This document shows, piece by piece, positions 1-9,540 of a DNA stretch of 41,172 bases; the stretch's first letter is position 1; each line of letters begins with the position of its first letter. Under the pieces are notes generated by a model. That model worked only from the letters and a program-made list of their open reading frames with translations, had not been told where the DNA came from and did no database searches. The position numbers and the translations under genes are program-made. This stretch comes from Sedimentibacter sp. GTDB lineage: Bacteria; Bacillota; Clostridia; Tissierellales; Sedimentibacteraceae. The stretch covers positions 1-41,172 of the forward strand of contig DALZVZ010000001.1 in assembly GCA_032011825.1 (NCBI GenBank), in the 5' to 3' direction.

Positions 1-1406
1 GCGAAAAGGACACTGTTGGAACCGACATAATAATAAAGGTTAAACAAAACACTGAGGATGATGAGTATGATGAATTCCTTAATTCATACAAAATTAAAAG
101 CCTCGTGAAGAAATATTCGAACTTCATCAAGTATCCTATAAAAATGATGATGAAGAAAAGCCGTTTAAAAGAAGGAACAGAAAGCGAATACGAGGACTAC
201 TTCGAGGATGAAATCCTGAATAGCATGGTTCCAATCTGGAGAAAAAACAAAAGCGAGCTTAAACCGGAAGACTACGAAAACTTTTATGAGGAAAAGCACT
301 TTGGCTACGACAAGCCGTTGAAGTACTCTCATATTAGTGTTGAGGGCATGACAAGCTACAACGCAATATTGTACATACCTTCAAGAGCTCCTTTTGATTT
401 CTATACAAAGGAATTTGAAAAGGGGCTGGAGCTTTATTCAAATGGAGTGCTCATAATGAACAAATGCGGCGACCTATTACCCGACTACTTCGGCTTTGTG
501 CAGGGATTGGTTGATTCTGCTGATTTATCTCTGAATATCTCAAGGGAAATATTGCAGCATGACAGGCAACTTCAGTTCATCGCCAAGAAAATAAAAGAGA
601 AAATAAAGAGCGAGCTTCTGTCCATGCTCAAGGACGAAAGAGAAAGTTACGAAACATTCTTCAATAATTTTGGAAAAACACTGAAGTTCGGTCTGTACAG
701 TGACTGGGGTACAAACAAAGAAATGCTGCAGGACTTGGTAATGTTCTATTCCTCTACGGAGAAAAAGCTTGTTACCTTTGACGAATATGTGTCCCGAATG
801 AAAGAAGACCAAAAATATATATACTATGCCGCAGGTGAAAATGTAAACAGCATAGCCAAGCTTCCTCAAACAGAGCTTGTTGCCGACAGCGGGTTTGAGA
901 TTCTGTATCTCACAGATGAAATTGACGAATTTGCAATCAAGGTTCTCATGAACTACAAAGAAAAAGAATTCAAGAATATTTCAAGTGCCGACCTTGACCT
1001 GAAGCAAGAGGATGAGAAGGAACAGGAAAGCTCTGAAGAGGACAGGGACATATTCAGCTTTATGAAGGAAGCATTAAATAACAAGGTTAAAGAAGTGCGA
1101 GCTTCTAAGAGACTAAAAACTCATCCTGTGTGCCTTGCTACAGAAGGAGAGCTGTCCATAGAAATGGAGAAGGTATTGAAGGCGATGCCTGATAGCATGG
1201 CAGGAGATGTCCACGCCGAAAAAATACTTGAAATCAACACAGAACACCAGATGTTTACAAAAATAAAATCGTCCTATGAAAATGACAGAGAAAAGCTGAA
1301 GAAGCTTGCAAATGTTCTGTACAATCAGGCACTGCTCATTGAGGGGCTGCCAATAGATGACCCCGTTCAGTATGCAAATGACGTATACGAACTAATAGAA
1401 AAATAA
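1..1406 (+). CDS. htpG: Molecular chaperone HtpG (Hsp90), 5'-truncated by window edge
   Basis: Frame is open from base 3 ([14 protein letters not shown]...), so the ORF-track start at 105 is internal. Contains the Hsp90 middle-domain motifs [41 protein letters not shown] and the C-terminal ILEINxxH / [10 protein letters not shown]. Confidence 0.97.
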   Translation, partial: EKDTVGTDIIIKVKQNTEDDEYDEFLNSYKIKSLVKKYSNFIKYPIKMMMKKSRLKEGTESEYEDYFEDEILNSMVPIWRKNKSELKPEDYENFYEEKHFGYDKPLKYSHISVEGMTSYNAILYIPSRAPFDFYTKEFEKGLELYSNGVLIMNKCGDLLPDYFGFVQGLVDSADLSLNISREILQHDRQLQFIAKKIKEKIKSELLSMLKDERESYETFFNNFGKTLKFGLYSDWGTNKEMLQDLVMFYSSTEKKLVTFDEYVSRMKEDQKYIYYAAGENVNSIAKLPQTELVADSGFEILYLTDEIDEFAIKVLMNYKEKEFKNISSADLDLKQEDEKEQESSEEDRDIFSFMKEALNNKVKEVRASKRLKTHPVCLATEGELSIEMEKVLKAMPDSMAGDVHAEKILEINTEHQMFTKIKSSYENDREKLKKLANVLYNQALLIEGLPIDDPVQYANDVYELIEK

Positions 1407-1414
1407 ACAACAGT

Positions 1415-1451
1415 AAGACTGTTGCATGAATGCAGCAGTCTTATTCTTTTC
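1415..1451 (+). terminator. Intrinsic terminator of htpG
   Basis: AAGACTGTTGCAT-GA-ATGCAGCAGTCTT hairpin followed by ATTCTTTTT, just after the stop codon. Confidence 0.8.
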
Positions 1452-1562
1452 TCAGAATATCCATGTTTAGAATTTAACAATATGTTGAAAGGTTTTATTT
1501 TTTAATTAAACTTCATATTTTTGTTAATAATATTAGCACGTTTATTTTTTCATTAAAACAGG

Positions 1563-1591
1563 TTGACTTTATAATCTGTCTATATTATAAT
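1563..1591 (+). promoter_or_regulatory. Sigma-A type promoter of the amino-acid permease
   Basis: TTGACT (1563-1568), 17-bp spacer, TATAAT (1586-1591); GGAGG RBS before the ATG at 1639. Confidence 0.8.
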
Positions 1592-1638
1592 CATTTTGTT
1601 ATTATTTTAACAATATTATCAGCATTACGGAGGTAAAA

Positions 1639-2946
1639 ATGACAAACAAATCTTTGAAAAAAAATGTAACCTTTGTTGAAGCTATGGCAATAGTTGTGGG
1701 AATGATTATTGGCTCCGGTATATTTTTAAAACCGGGAATAGTTTTACAAAGTGCCGGTTCACCATTTATGGCAATCTTAGCATGGGTTGCTGGCGGAATC
1801 ATAACATTGGCATCTGCACTGGCAATTGCGGAAATAGCCTCTGCAATTCCAAAATCAGGCGGCCTTTATACTTATCTTGGGGAACTGTACGGTGATGTTT
1901 TCGGATTTTTGCTGGGATGGGTTCAGACAATTATATCCTATCCTGCATCTGTTGCAGCACAAACTATAGCTTTCGCAACATATGCAAACTTCTTTATACC
2001 CATGACCGACATGCAGCAAAAACTCATTGCTGTGGCGGTGCTTGCATTCATATTGTTGATGAATGTAATATCAACGAAATTCGGAGGCATAATACAGACC
2101 CTTGCAACCATCGGTAAGCTTATACCTATTGTTGCAATAATTTTCGTTGGAATAACCTTCAACACCGTGGCGCAGAAAAATGGTGTGGTAGGAGCCCTTC
2201 CAGCAGGAACAGGATTCAGTGCGGCAATATTAGGTACATTGTGGGCATATGACGGATGGATAAGCGTTACAAATATGGCAGGTGAACTCAAGAATCCTTC
2301 AAAGGACCTGCCCAAGGTAATATCACTGGGTGTAATCTTTGTTATTGCAGTATATGCAATATTCAACCTTGTACTATTTAAGGTTCTTCCGCTAACTGAA
2401 ATTATATCATCAAAAACACCTGCTGCAGATGCAGCCGTGGTAATGTTCGGTAAAAACGGCGGAACATTTATAACAGCAGGTATTATGGTTTCTGTATTCG
2501 GAGCGCTCAACGGATATCTTATGACAGGAGCAAGAGTACCAATGGTAATGGGTCAAAGAGGGCAGCTTCCTTTTTCAGAATTTATAGGCAAGATACATCC
2601 CAAATTTGTTACACCTGCAAATTCCTTGATTATGCAAAGCTTAATAGCCATTATTTATATTTTATCCGGTACATTCAACACATTGACTGATCTGCTTGTA
2701 TTCGTCCTCTGGATTTTCTTCACAATGGGTGTGTATGGTGTATTCCTCCTTAGAAAAAAATATCCTCAGAAGGACTGGCAATACAAGGTTCCGCTGTATC
2801 CAATCACTCCGATTATCGGAATAGTAGGCGGAGCATATATACTTTTCAACACCATAATAGACAGCCCTGTATTTTCCCTCACAGGAATAGGCATAACACT
2901 TCTCGGACTGCCTGTATACTATTATATAAACAAGAAAAACAAGTAA
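1639..2946 (+). CDS. APC-superfamily amino acid permease (LAT/SteT-like)
   Basis: 435 aa, many hydrophobic segments; motifs GMIIGSGIF (TM1), GGLYTYL and WAYDGW (TM6). Confidence 0.93.
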   Translation: MTNKSLKKNVTFVEAMAIVVGMIIGSGIFLKPGIVLQSAGSPFMAILAWVAGGIITLASALAIAEIASAIPKSGGLYTYLGELYGDVFGFLLGWVQTIISYPASVAAQTIAFATYANFFIPMTDMQQKLIAVAVLAFILLMNVISTKFGGIIQTLATIGKLIPIVAIIFVGITFNTVAQKNGVVGALPAGTGFSAAILGTLWAYDGWISVTNMAGELKNPSKDLPKVISLGVIFVIAVYAIFNLVLFKVLPLTEIISSKTPAADAAVVMFGKNGGTFITAGIMVSVFGALNGYLMTGARVPMVMGQRGQLPFSEFIGKIHPKFVTPANSLIMQSLIAIIYILSGTFNTLTDLLVFVLWIFFTMGVYGVFLLRKKYPQKDWQYKVPLYPITPIIGIVGGAYILFNTIIDSPVFSLTGIGITLLGLPVYYYINKKNK

Positions 2947-2949
2947 ATT

Positions 2950-2983
2950 AAAACCCTGAAGTTTCACAGCTTCAGGGTTCTTT
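2950..2983. terminator. Bidirectional terminator between convergent genes
   Basis: AACCCTGAAG...CTTCAGGGTT inverted repeat flanked by A and T runs. Confidence 0.8.
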
Positions 2984-3844
2984 CTATTGTTCCAGATATT
3001 CTTCGTAGGTAAGACCGGATTCATACACCTTGGTTGCAAGTTCTTTTCCCATGTATCTTATGTGCCACGGCTCATACATATATCCCGTAATGCTTTCCTT
3101 TCCCTCGGGATATCTCACTACAAAACCGAATCTGTGAGCATTTTCTGCCACCCACTTTCCTTCCTCGGTCTTACCGAATGTGGTATCCAGCTGAAAATTC
3201 ATTGCTTCACATGTTATATCCATGGAAAGACCTGTCTGGTGTTCACTCTGTCCGGGCTTTGCACTGAATTTGTCCGCTGCCGCCTGGCCGTGATTGTTTA
3301 CGTAGGAGCCGTACAGCGAAACTTGCGTGCCATATGACCTGTATCCTGAACGAGCATACAATGTGTATTCCTTTTCGTCCTTAGCCGCTTCAAACAGCTC
3401 CTTCAGCGCATCATATGCCGCCTTTCTCAGCTGATTAACCTCAGGATTGGATAATACAGTCGGAACATCAGTCAATTTTACCAAATCATTAGGAGCATAT
3501 GTTTCAGGAAGATTATGCTTTCGATTTACAAGCACGTCTATAGCTTCCGGATTCTCAACTGTTACACTGTCCTGTCCTGAAGGAATTTCATTTGAAGGAG
3601 TGCCAGGATTTTGTGGCTCTGACGGTTCCTCAGGATTTTGTGGCTCTTCGGGCTGTTCTGTTGCGGGCTCCTCCTTCGGTTCTTCCTTAGGCTCTTCCCG
3701 TGGATTTTCCATCTGCTCTTCAGATGGATTCTTTTCTTTGCCAAATCTTCCATCTATTGCATAGATAACCCCCAAAAGGAGCAGCAGCAGTAAAGCTGCG
3801 AGCATTAAAACTCTGTGCCATTTAATTCCGGTTCTTCTCTTCAT
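2984..3844 (-). CDS. Membrane-anchored M15B (VanY-like) D-Ala-D-Ala carboxypeptidase
   Basis: Motifs SGYRSY, PGQSEHQTGLSMD (SxHxxGxxxD) and YEPWHIRY; N-terminal TM segment plus Pro/Glu-rich linker. Start moved to MKRR at 3844, which is preceded by GAGGA and follows the rimI stop. Confidence 0.9.
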   Translation of the reverse strand: MKRRTGIKWHRVLMLAALLLLLLLGVIYAIDGRFGKEKNPSEEQMENPREEPKEEPKEEPATEQPEEPQNPEEPSEPQNPGTPSNEIPSGQDSVTVENPEAIDVLVNRKHNLPETYAPNDLVKLTDVPTVLSNPEVNQLRKAAYDALKELFEAAKDEKEYTLYARSGYRSYGTQVSLYGSYVNNHGQAAADKFSAKPGQSEHQTGLSMDITCEAMNFQLDTTFGKTEEGKWVAENAHRFGFVVRYPEGKESITGYMYEPWHIRYMGKELATKVYESGLTYEEYLEQ

Positions 3845-3864
3845 TATATCTTCATCCTCTGCCG

Positions 3865-4302
3865 CTATATTTTCTTCCACATTATTATTGCATCTTCAAC
3901 CGGCTTCATATAATATCTGGGTCTCTTGCCAGCCGACACAAAGCCATATTTCTCATATAGCCCTATTGCAGGCGCATTTGACTCCCGCACCTCCAGAGTC
4001 ATTGCCTGTATTTCCGAGCATTTGCATATTTCCACCATTTTCTCTATGAGTATGCTGCCTATTCCCATCTTTCTGTATTCAGGCAACACCGCTACGTTGG
4101 TTACATGGCATTCGTCCAGAACACGCCACATTCCCATATATCCCATTATTTTTCCGTTTTCTTCGGCACATTGATAATATGCAAGATCATTCTGCAATTC
4201 CCTCACAAAGGAATCCTTCGACCATGGTAAGGAAAAACATTCTTTTTCGATTCCCGTTATTTGATCTAAGTCATCATAACGCATACCACTTACTACTGTC
4301 AT
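3865..4302 (-). CDS. rimI: Ribosomal-protein-alanine N-acetyltransferase
   Basis: GNAT motifs HVTNVAVLPEYRKMGIG, LEVRESN, RPRYY..PVEDAIIM; follows tsaB. Confidence 0.93.
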   Translation of the reverse strand: MTVVSGMRYDDLDQITGIEKECFSLPWSKDSFVRELQNDLAYYQCAEENGKIMGYMGMWRVLDECHVTNVAVLPEYRKMGIGSILIEKMVEICKCSEIQAMTLEVRESNAPAIGLYEKYGFVSAGKRPRYYMKPVEDAIIMWKKI

Positions 4303-4311
4303 AACTCCTCC

Positions 4312-5001
4312 TTACTTCCTATTGCGTTCCGCCTGTGACAACCTCAAATATTGAGGTCTGAAATCAGAAGCCTTAATCAATTCTCCCTTTAATGCCATGC
4401 TCCAGCCTATGTAGACAAGAGTTGAAGCAGATAAATAATTAAATCTTTCAGGTGCGAAATGCATCTTTCCCTTAAATTTCTCTTCTATTACACTTCTGTA
4501 GTTAACAGAGCCGTCACCGTTAAAAATTACCGGCTCCTCATATTCATTCAGCATGTCGGTAAGCTCATGAATATTGCACGGGAATTGCTCCACCACAGTA
4601 ATAAGCTCCTGGTTTTCCCATCTGTAAATTCCGCTGTAAATTCTTCCTGCTCCCGCATCCATAACGGGCACAATCAATTTATTCAAATCAAGCACATTAC
4701 CTGCCATGGATTTCATGGTAGGTACATTTACAATGGGTATATTGACTGCATAAGCCATACTTTTAGCAATGGCAGCGCCTATTCTCAGCCCTGTATATGA
4801 GCCCGGTCCTTCGGAAATCGCAATTACATCTATATCCTGTATACTGATATTCAAGTCTGTCATCAGGCTTTCTATCAGAGGCATGAGCTTTTCCGAGTGA
4901 GTTTTTTTATGATTCAGCGTATATTCTCCGAGAAGCTTTTCATTGTCCGATACAGCACAGGATGCCGTTATAGATGACGATTCAATTGCCAGTACTTTCA
5001 T
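4312..5001 (-). CDS. tsaB: tRNA threonylcarbamoyladenosine biosynthesis protein TsaB
   Basis: MKVLAIESS, HSEKLMP, GPGSYTGLRIG and C-terminal PQYLRLSQAER. Confidence 0.95.
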   Translation of the reverse strand: MKVLAIESSSITASCAVSDNEKLLGEYTLNHKKTHSEKLMPLIESLMTDLNISIQDIDVIAISEGPGSYTGLRIGAAIAKSMAYAVNIPIVNVPTMKSMAGNVLDLNKLIVPVMDAGAGRIYSGIYRWENQELITVVEQFPCNIHELTDMLNEYEEPVIFNGDGSVNYRSVIEEKFKGKMHFAPERFNYLSASTLVYIGWSMALKGELIKASDFRPQYLRLSQAERNRK

Positions 5002-5452
5002 AATTTTTAAGCTCCTCTGCTATTTTTTCAAAGACCCTTCCCCTGCCGTCAATAGTCATAATTCGGCTTGTATCATTAAGCCTCTGTATTTCAATATTTA
5101 TTCTTTCATCAGGAAGTATATCTTCAATTTTATTCGACCATTCAATGATTGTTACACCTTCGGAATAAATATATTCCTCATAGCCCAGATCATACATGTC
5201 TTCTTCAGAATCTATCCTATACACATCCATGTGGTAAAAAGGCAGTCTGCCTTCATATTCCTTTATAATTGTAAATGTTGGGCTGGTTATATAGTCCTTC
5301 ACCCCGAATTCACGTGCTATGAACTGAGTAATTGCCGTCTTGCCAACACCTAAATCACCGTCAAGGCAAAGCACTGTCCCCGCTTCAAGGCAGTGCGCTA
5401 TAATCTTTCCAACCTGCTCCGTATCCTTTAAATTGTTAACCGTTAGTTTCAT
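4982..5452 (-). CDS. tsaE: tRNA threonylcarbamoyladenosine biosynthesis ATPase TsaE
   Basis: GDLGVGKT P-loop, SPTFTII, HMDVYR, IIEWS. Start at MKLTV (5452) after AAGGA. Confidence 0.95.
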   Translation of the reverse strand: MKLTVNNLKDTEQVGKIIAHCLEAGTVLCLDGDLGVGKTAITQFIAREFGVKDYITSPTFTIIKEYEGRLPFYHMDVYRIDSEEDMYDLGYEEYIYSEGVTIIEWSNKIEDILPDERINIEIQRLNDTSRIMTIDGRGRVFEKIAEELKNYESTGN

Positions 5453-5574
5453 AATACATCCTTTTATCATAATGGCCACTGCGGCCCGTTATCATCAACA
5501 GCTCTAATTATACATTTGCAGAAATGAAAAATCAAGAAATTAATGATGCCCTCAATTCTAAAAATATCACAGCA

Positions 5575-7275
5575 TCATTCCTTCCTCCGCTTAAATTCTG
5601 ATATAACCATTTTGGCTATATTTTTGCCCGCCTGAACTCTCACTATTGCATATGCCAGGTTTGGAGAAAACGGCCGCGGACTGTATGCCAGATATCTCGG
5701 CTGCCATTCTGTTGGTGCGTATTTCTCCTTCGCATGATGAAGGGCCTTGAAATCATAGCTGTTATTCATGTTTTCATACACATAGCTGAAAAGTCTTTCT
5801 GTGAAGGTGGCTCTATCTCCGTCATTGATGTTGTAAAGAGGAGAAAGCCCCAGGTTTCCCCATTCAACGCCTTCTTCCTTCATAAGCATAAACGCATCAT
5901 ATGTTATTTTCTCCAACACCCCTTGGGGAGCGTCATTTCTTCGCCTCGTAACATCCGCAAGATATCCATTACCTGAGAGATACGGGAGAAATACAACAAA
6001 TCCAAGCATCTTCCCATCCATATCAGAAGCGTAAAAATATCTTCTGTCCATAGGGTTGTCAAGCCCCACACCGCCTATCATAAAGCCAAGCTCATCCGAA
6101 TTTTTGTGCTCCAGCCACTCTGTTGAAATATCCGAAATCTGCTGCTCAATATTGCTGTCTCTTCCCTTCAGCGGCTTGTATTCATTTACCGCTATCCCCG
6201 CTTTGTTTGCGTGGTTAATTGCCGCACGAACCTTGGCAACACTTCCTCCGGCAAGATTATATTCAGACAGCCTGAAGCATGCATCCTCTCCATACTTAAT
6301 TACTCCGAAGCCGGCTATTTTATAAAGCTCGGCAAAATGCTCCGTTATATTTAAAAATAAAATTTCATATGCATTTTCATGGCAAAATTCAAGTATTTCG
6401 TTTAAAAATATAAATCCGTCCTGTTCAGCGCATATCATATCTCCGCATATAACGAATACGTTATTTACAACCTGGTACGAGCAAACGCCCTCTATGCTTT
6501 TACCGAAAAGATATTTCTTATAATTTTCCAAAGACAGATATGCCATGGGATTTTGACCTGAATTCAAAACAATCCGCCTTACAACTTCCTTATCATGCTT
6601 AGTTGCAACCGGATTATAAACAATCGGCTTTAAAATCAAAAGCACCGATGTAACAATACAAATCCAGTTTATCAGAATAAGAGAATCAGTATAGAGCACT
6701 CCTATTCTTCCGGAAAAAGTTATGAAATCAGTATCCATAAAAACAAGCAGCTTGACAGAATACTCCAGAGCATCATAAATATCGTGTATATTCCGTATGT
6801 GCTCCTTCATAATAAATATTCCGACGCTGGCATTAAAAAGCACCAAAAGAAAAGAAAATCCAATCAATGCCAATGCCTTTTTAACCGTTATCCTGTCTGC
6901 CCTTCTGCTGAAATCTCTGTGATAGTATAAAAGCACAGCCAAAACAAACATTTCTATTGATAAAACAGGCAATGTGAACATGTGATACCTGACAAACTGA
7001 AACACTATGGTTATGCTCAGCATTACTATTTGTATAAACCATGCCATTCGCACTCTTTTATACAGCTTGTGAGCCAAAATAAGCATGATGGCACCAATGA
7101 GGAATGAGAAAACATGATGAAACTGCAATGCATGCGGATTAAGCATATTCGTGTAAAAATGCATATACCTTTCGGCAAATTTAAACGGCAGAGCCGCAAG
7201 CAGATTTTTCAACGCTATCAGAACAAGCAAGAATACGGCAATATTCTGAACTGTCTTTTTAAAATAACTTTTCAT
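5575..7275 (-). CDS. Aminoacyl-phosphatidylglycerol synthase-like protein (N-terminal TM segments + DUF2156/MprF catalytic domain)
   Basis: About six TM segments, then CGDMIC, KYGEDA, W...K...ELGF, DVTRR...APQGVLE, LGLSPL and YDFKALHHAKEKYAPTEWQPRYL, typical of the MprF C-terminal domain. At 566 aa it is shorter than full MprF. Confidence 0.82.
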   Translation of the reverse strand: MKSYFKKTVQNIAVFLLVLIALKNLLAALPFKFAERYMHFYTNMLNPHALQFHHVFSFLIGAIMLILAHKLYKRVRMAWFIQIVMLSITIVFQFVRYHMFTLPVLSIEMFVLAVLLYYHRDFSRRADRITVKKALALIGFSFLLVLFNASVGIFIMKEHIRNIHDIYDALEYSVKLLVFMDTDFITFSGRIGVLYTDSLILINWICIVTSVLLILKPIVYNPVATKHDKEVVRRIVLNSGQNPMAYLSLENYKKYLFGKSIEGVCSYQVVNNVFVICGDMICAEQDGFIFLNEILEFCHENAYEILFLNITEHFAELYKIAGFGVIKYGEDACFRLSEYNLAGGSVAKVRAAINHANKAGIAVNEYKPLKGRDSNIEQQISDISTEWLEHKNSDELGFMIGGVGLDNPMDRRYFYASDMDGKMLGFVVFLPYLSGNGYLADVTRRRNDAPQGVLEKITYDAFMLMKEEGVEWGNLGLSPLYNINDGDRATFTERLFSYVYENMNNSYDFKALHHAKEKYAPTEWQPRYLAYSPRPFSPNLAYAIVRVQAGKNIAKMVISEFKRRKE

Positions 7276-7311
7276 ACCTTCTCCATTTTAAATACTAAAT
7301 GTAATGAAAGA

Positions 7312-7341
7312 ATTATAGCAGTATTTCCGCCGCATATGCAA
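7312..7341 (-). promoter_or_regulatory. Putative sigma-A promoter of the MprF-like gene
   Basis: Minus strand TTGCAT, 18-bp spacer, extended -10 TGcTATAAT. Confidence 0.55.
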
Positions 7342-7378
7342 CAAAATTATGCTCCATGCTGTTCTGCTATTTCAATTA

Positions 7379-7407
7379 TTGTCTGAATGTGAGAAATATT
7401 GTATAAT
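7379..7407 (+). promoter_or_regulatory. Putative sigma-A promoter upstream of short ORF 7475
   Basis: TTGTCT, 17-bp spacer, TATAAT. Confidence 0.55.
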
Positions 7408-7474
7408 GGCATTAATTACATATTAATATTTTCAATTTGCAGTAAATTGGAATTGCAGAAATGGGAGGCGGTAT

Positions 7475-7555
7475 ATGTTATTTCTGTTAACGAGGGATAA
7501 AGACAAAGACTCAAAGCTTGAAGGACTTTATAAATATAAAAATATCATGTTTTAA
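7475..7555 (+). pseudogene. 26-codon ORF, possible truncated N-terminus of an ECF sigma factor
   Basis: GGGAGG RBS then MLFLLTRDKDKDSKLEGLYKYKNIMF*. Resembles, from recall only, the 'S-K-x-E-x-L-Y-x-x-Y-K/R-N-x-M-F' start of clostridial ECF sigma factors. Confidence 0.35.
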
Positions 7556-7667
7556 TGCAATTATTGTGTCTCGCTTTATGAAAGAAACGAAACGCAGTAT
7601 TATGAAGAATGGGGATTCTGTGCTCATGGAAATTAATAGTAGTCTAAAATACGTAATACCAGTTTTC

Positions 7668-7696
7668 TTTACTTATATACTAAATCCCTGTATAAT
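7668..7696 (+). promoter_or_regulatory. Putative sigma-A promoter of the 42-aa ORF
   Basis: TTTACT, 17-bp spacer, TATAAT. Confidence 0.55.
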
Positions 7697-7720
7697 AAAT
7701 AAAAACAATCGGAGGAAATT

Positions 7721-7849
7721 ATGAGTGTTATTCAATCGATTCTGAGAGTATTATTCTTCCTTGTCATTCTGTACATAGGAGTAAGGTTTATGGGCGACAT
7801 ACATACAATTGCTGAAAATATCAGGAAGAAGAAATCAGGCTCTGAATAG
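7721..7849 (+). CDS. Small single-pass membrane protein (42 aa), unknown function
   Basis: GGAGG RBS; MSVIQSILRVLFFLVILYIGVRFMGDIHTIAENIRKKKSGSE*; hairpin AAATCAGGCT...AGCTTGATTT plus T-run overlaps the stop. Too short for the ORF track. Confidence 0.7.
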   Translation: MSVIQSILRVLFFLVILYIGVRFMGDIHTIAENIRKKKSGSE

Positions 7850-8035
7850 CTTGATTTTTATTTTATAATATTAGTATTATCTTAAGCCCCTAACTTTTAG
7901 TAGAAAACTCATTACATTATATCTCTTTCTATATCTATATAGCAAAAATCATTGGTTGCACAGGGTATCAATCCCTATTCTCGCGCACTTGTGCACATTT
8001 CCATGTTTTTGAACAGGTTAACCTCCACAAAATTA

Positions 8036-8064
8036 TTGAATGCTTCACATTTATGTGTTATAAT
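8036..8064 (+). promoter_or_regulatory. Sigma-A promoter of murC
   Basis: TTGAAT, 17-bp spacer, extended -10 TGtTATAAT. Confidence 0.7.
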
Positions 8065-8115
8065 GTCATGATTTATTCATATGAATATAGCAAAGAAATA
8101 TTTGAGGAGTATAAG

Positions 8116-9462
8116 ATGCAAAAATATAATCATATATATTTTATCGGTATAGGCGGAATAAGCATGAGCGCACTGGCAGAAGTGATGATTGATGAGGGCG
8201 TGAGAGTTTCTGGCTCTGACAGAAGCTGCTCACACATGGTGGAGAAGCTGAAAAAATTGGGTGCCGAAATACATATAAATCATGAAAGCAAAAATATAAC
8301 TGACGATATTGACCTGGTGGTGTACACATCTGCCATATCAAATGACAATCCCGAGCTTTTAAGAGCGCAGGAGTTGAATTTGAACATAATGGACAGAGCG
8401 GAATTCCTTGGCCTTTTAATGAAAAATTACGAGCACGCAATCTGTGTTTCAGGCACTCACGGCAAGACTACCACAACCGGTATGCTTTCCTCAGTTTTAA
8501 TAGAAACAGACATGCAGCCCACTATATTTTTAGGCGGCGAAATGGATTCATTGGGAGGTAATATGCTTTTAGGCTCCAATGATCTGCTGCTTACGGAAGC
8601 ATGCGAATATAAAAGAAATTTTCTTAAATTTAATCCAACAATGGAGGTCATACTCAATATTGAAGAGGACCACCTTGATTACTACAAAGATATAAAGGAT
8701 ATTGAAAGCGCATTTGTGGAGTATGCTGAAAAAATTCCTGCAGACGGATATCTGATAGTTAATGTAAAGCATGCTGAGCTATTTAAAAATTTAAAATGCA
8801 GCGTTATAACCTTTGGTACTGATAGCAGCGCAGACTACTATCCTGAGAATATCAGCCTGTTTCCTGCACCATCGTATACGCTCATGAACAGAGGTCAAAA
8901 GGTTGCAGATATTAATCTGATGGTATTTGGGGAACACAACATATCAAATTCTCTTGCAGCAGCGGCAGCATGTTTAGCTCTTGGTGTTAATGCCGGCACG
9001 GTTAAAAACGGTCTGCATGATTTCAAAGGCACTCACAGAAGATATGAATACAAAGGCACTGTCAACGGAGCTTCCATAATTGACGATTATGCACATCATC
9101 CTTCTGAAATGAAAGCTACCTTGAAAACAGCAAAATCTTATACGGAAGGCAAAGTTATTACGGTTTTCCAGCCTCATACGTACACACGCACCAAAAAGCT
9201 GCTCAACGAATTTGCTGAAGCATTGACTCATTCCGATGAAGTAATTCTGCTTGATATATATGCAGCAAGAGAAAAGGATATGGGTGAGGTCAGCTCCAAG
9301 GATGTTATTGGTATTATGAAAAATAGCTATGGCAGAGATGGAAAATATGCAGAATCCTTTGAAGCTGCAGCGGAAATAATCAGGACACTTGCCGCAGATG
9401 GTGACACCGTAATTACTATGGGTGCTGGAAACGTGGATGAAGTAGTTGAATATTTGAAGTAA
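8116..9462 (+). CDS. murC: UDP-N-acetylmuramate--L-alanine ligase
   Basis: FIGIGGISMSAL, SGTHGKTTTT, EACEY, DHLDYY, DDYAHHP, FQPHTYTRT. Start at MQKYN (8116) after GAGGAG. Confidence 0.97.
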   Translation: MQKYNHIYFIGIGGISMSALAEVMIDEGVRVSGSDRSCSHMVEKLKKLGAEIHINHESKNITDDIDLVVYTSAISNDNPELLRAQELNLNIMDRAEFLGLLMKNYEHAICVSGTHGKTTTTGMLSSVLIETDMQPTIFLGGEMDSLGGNMLLGSNDLLLTEACEYKRNFLKFNPTMEVILNIEEDHLDYYKDIKDIESAFVEYAEKIPADGYLIVNVKHAELFKNLKCSVITFGTDSSADYYPENISLFPAPSYTLMNRGQKVADINLMVFGEHNISNSLAAAAACLALGVNAGTVKNGLHDFKGTHRRYEYKGTVNGASIIDDYAHHPSEMKATLKTAKSYTEGKVITVFQPHTYTRTKKLLNEFAEALTHSDEVILLDIYAAREKDMGEVSSKDVIGIMKNSYGRDGKYAESFEAAAEIIRTLAADGDTVITMGAGNVDEVVEYLK

Positions 9463-9464
9463 AT

Positions 9465-9523
9465 AAAAGAGATTCTCTCACCAGTCAAAATGTTATCATT
9501 TTGCCGGCGCTTGAATCTCTTTT
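9465..9523. terminator. Bidirectional terminator between murC and ispA
   Basis: AAAAGAGATTC...GAATCTCTTTT outer stem with inner CAAAATG-TTAT-CATTTTG stem. Confidence 0.65.
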
Positions 9524-9540
9524 CATATTCTCACATTCTG

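Noticed and set aside
2984..3844. Vancomycin resistance locus
   Set aside because: No vanH/A/X/R/S genes nearby; lone M15B peptidases are common housekeeping enzymes.
7518..7724. 68-aa ORF from the ORF track
   Set aside because: TTG start without a convincing RBS. It runs across the promoter and RBS of the better-supported 42-aa ORF, though it could be part of a decayed gene.
9463..9540. OLE RNA, which often lies downstream of ispA
   Set aside because: Only 78 bp separate ispA from the convergent murC, and this is occupied by a terminator-like hairpin.
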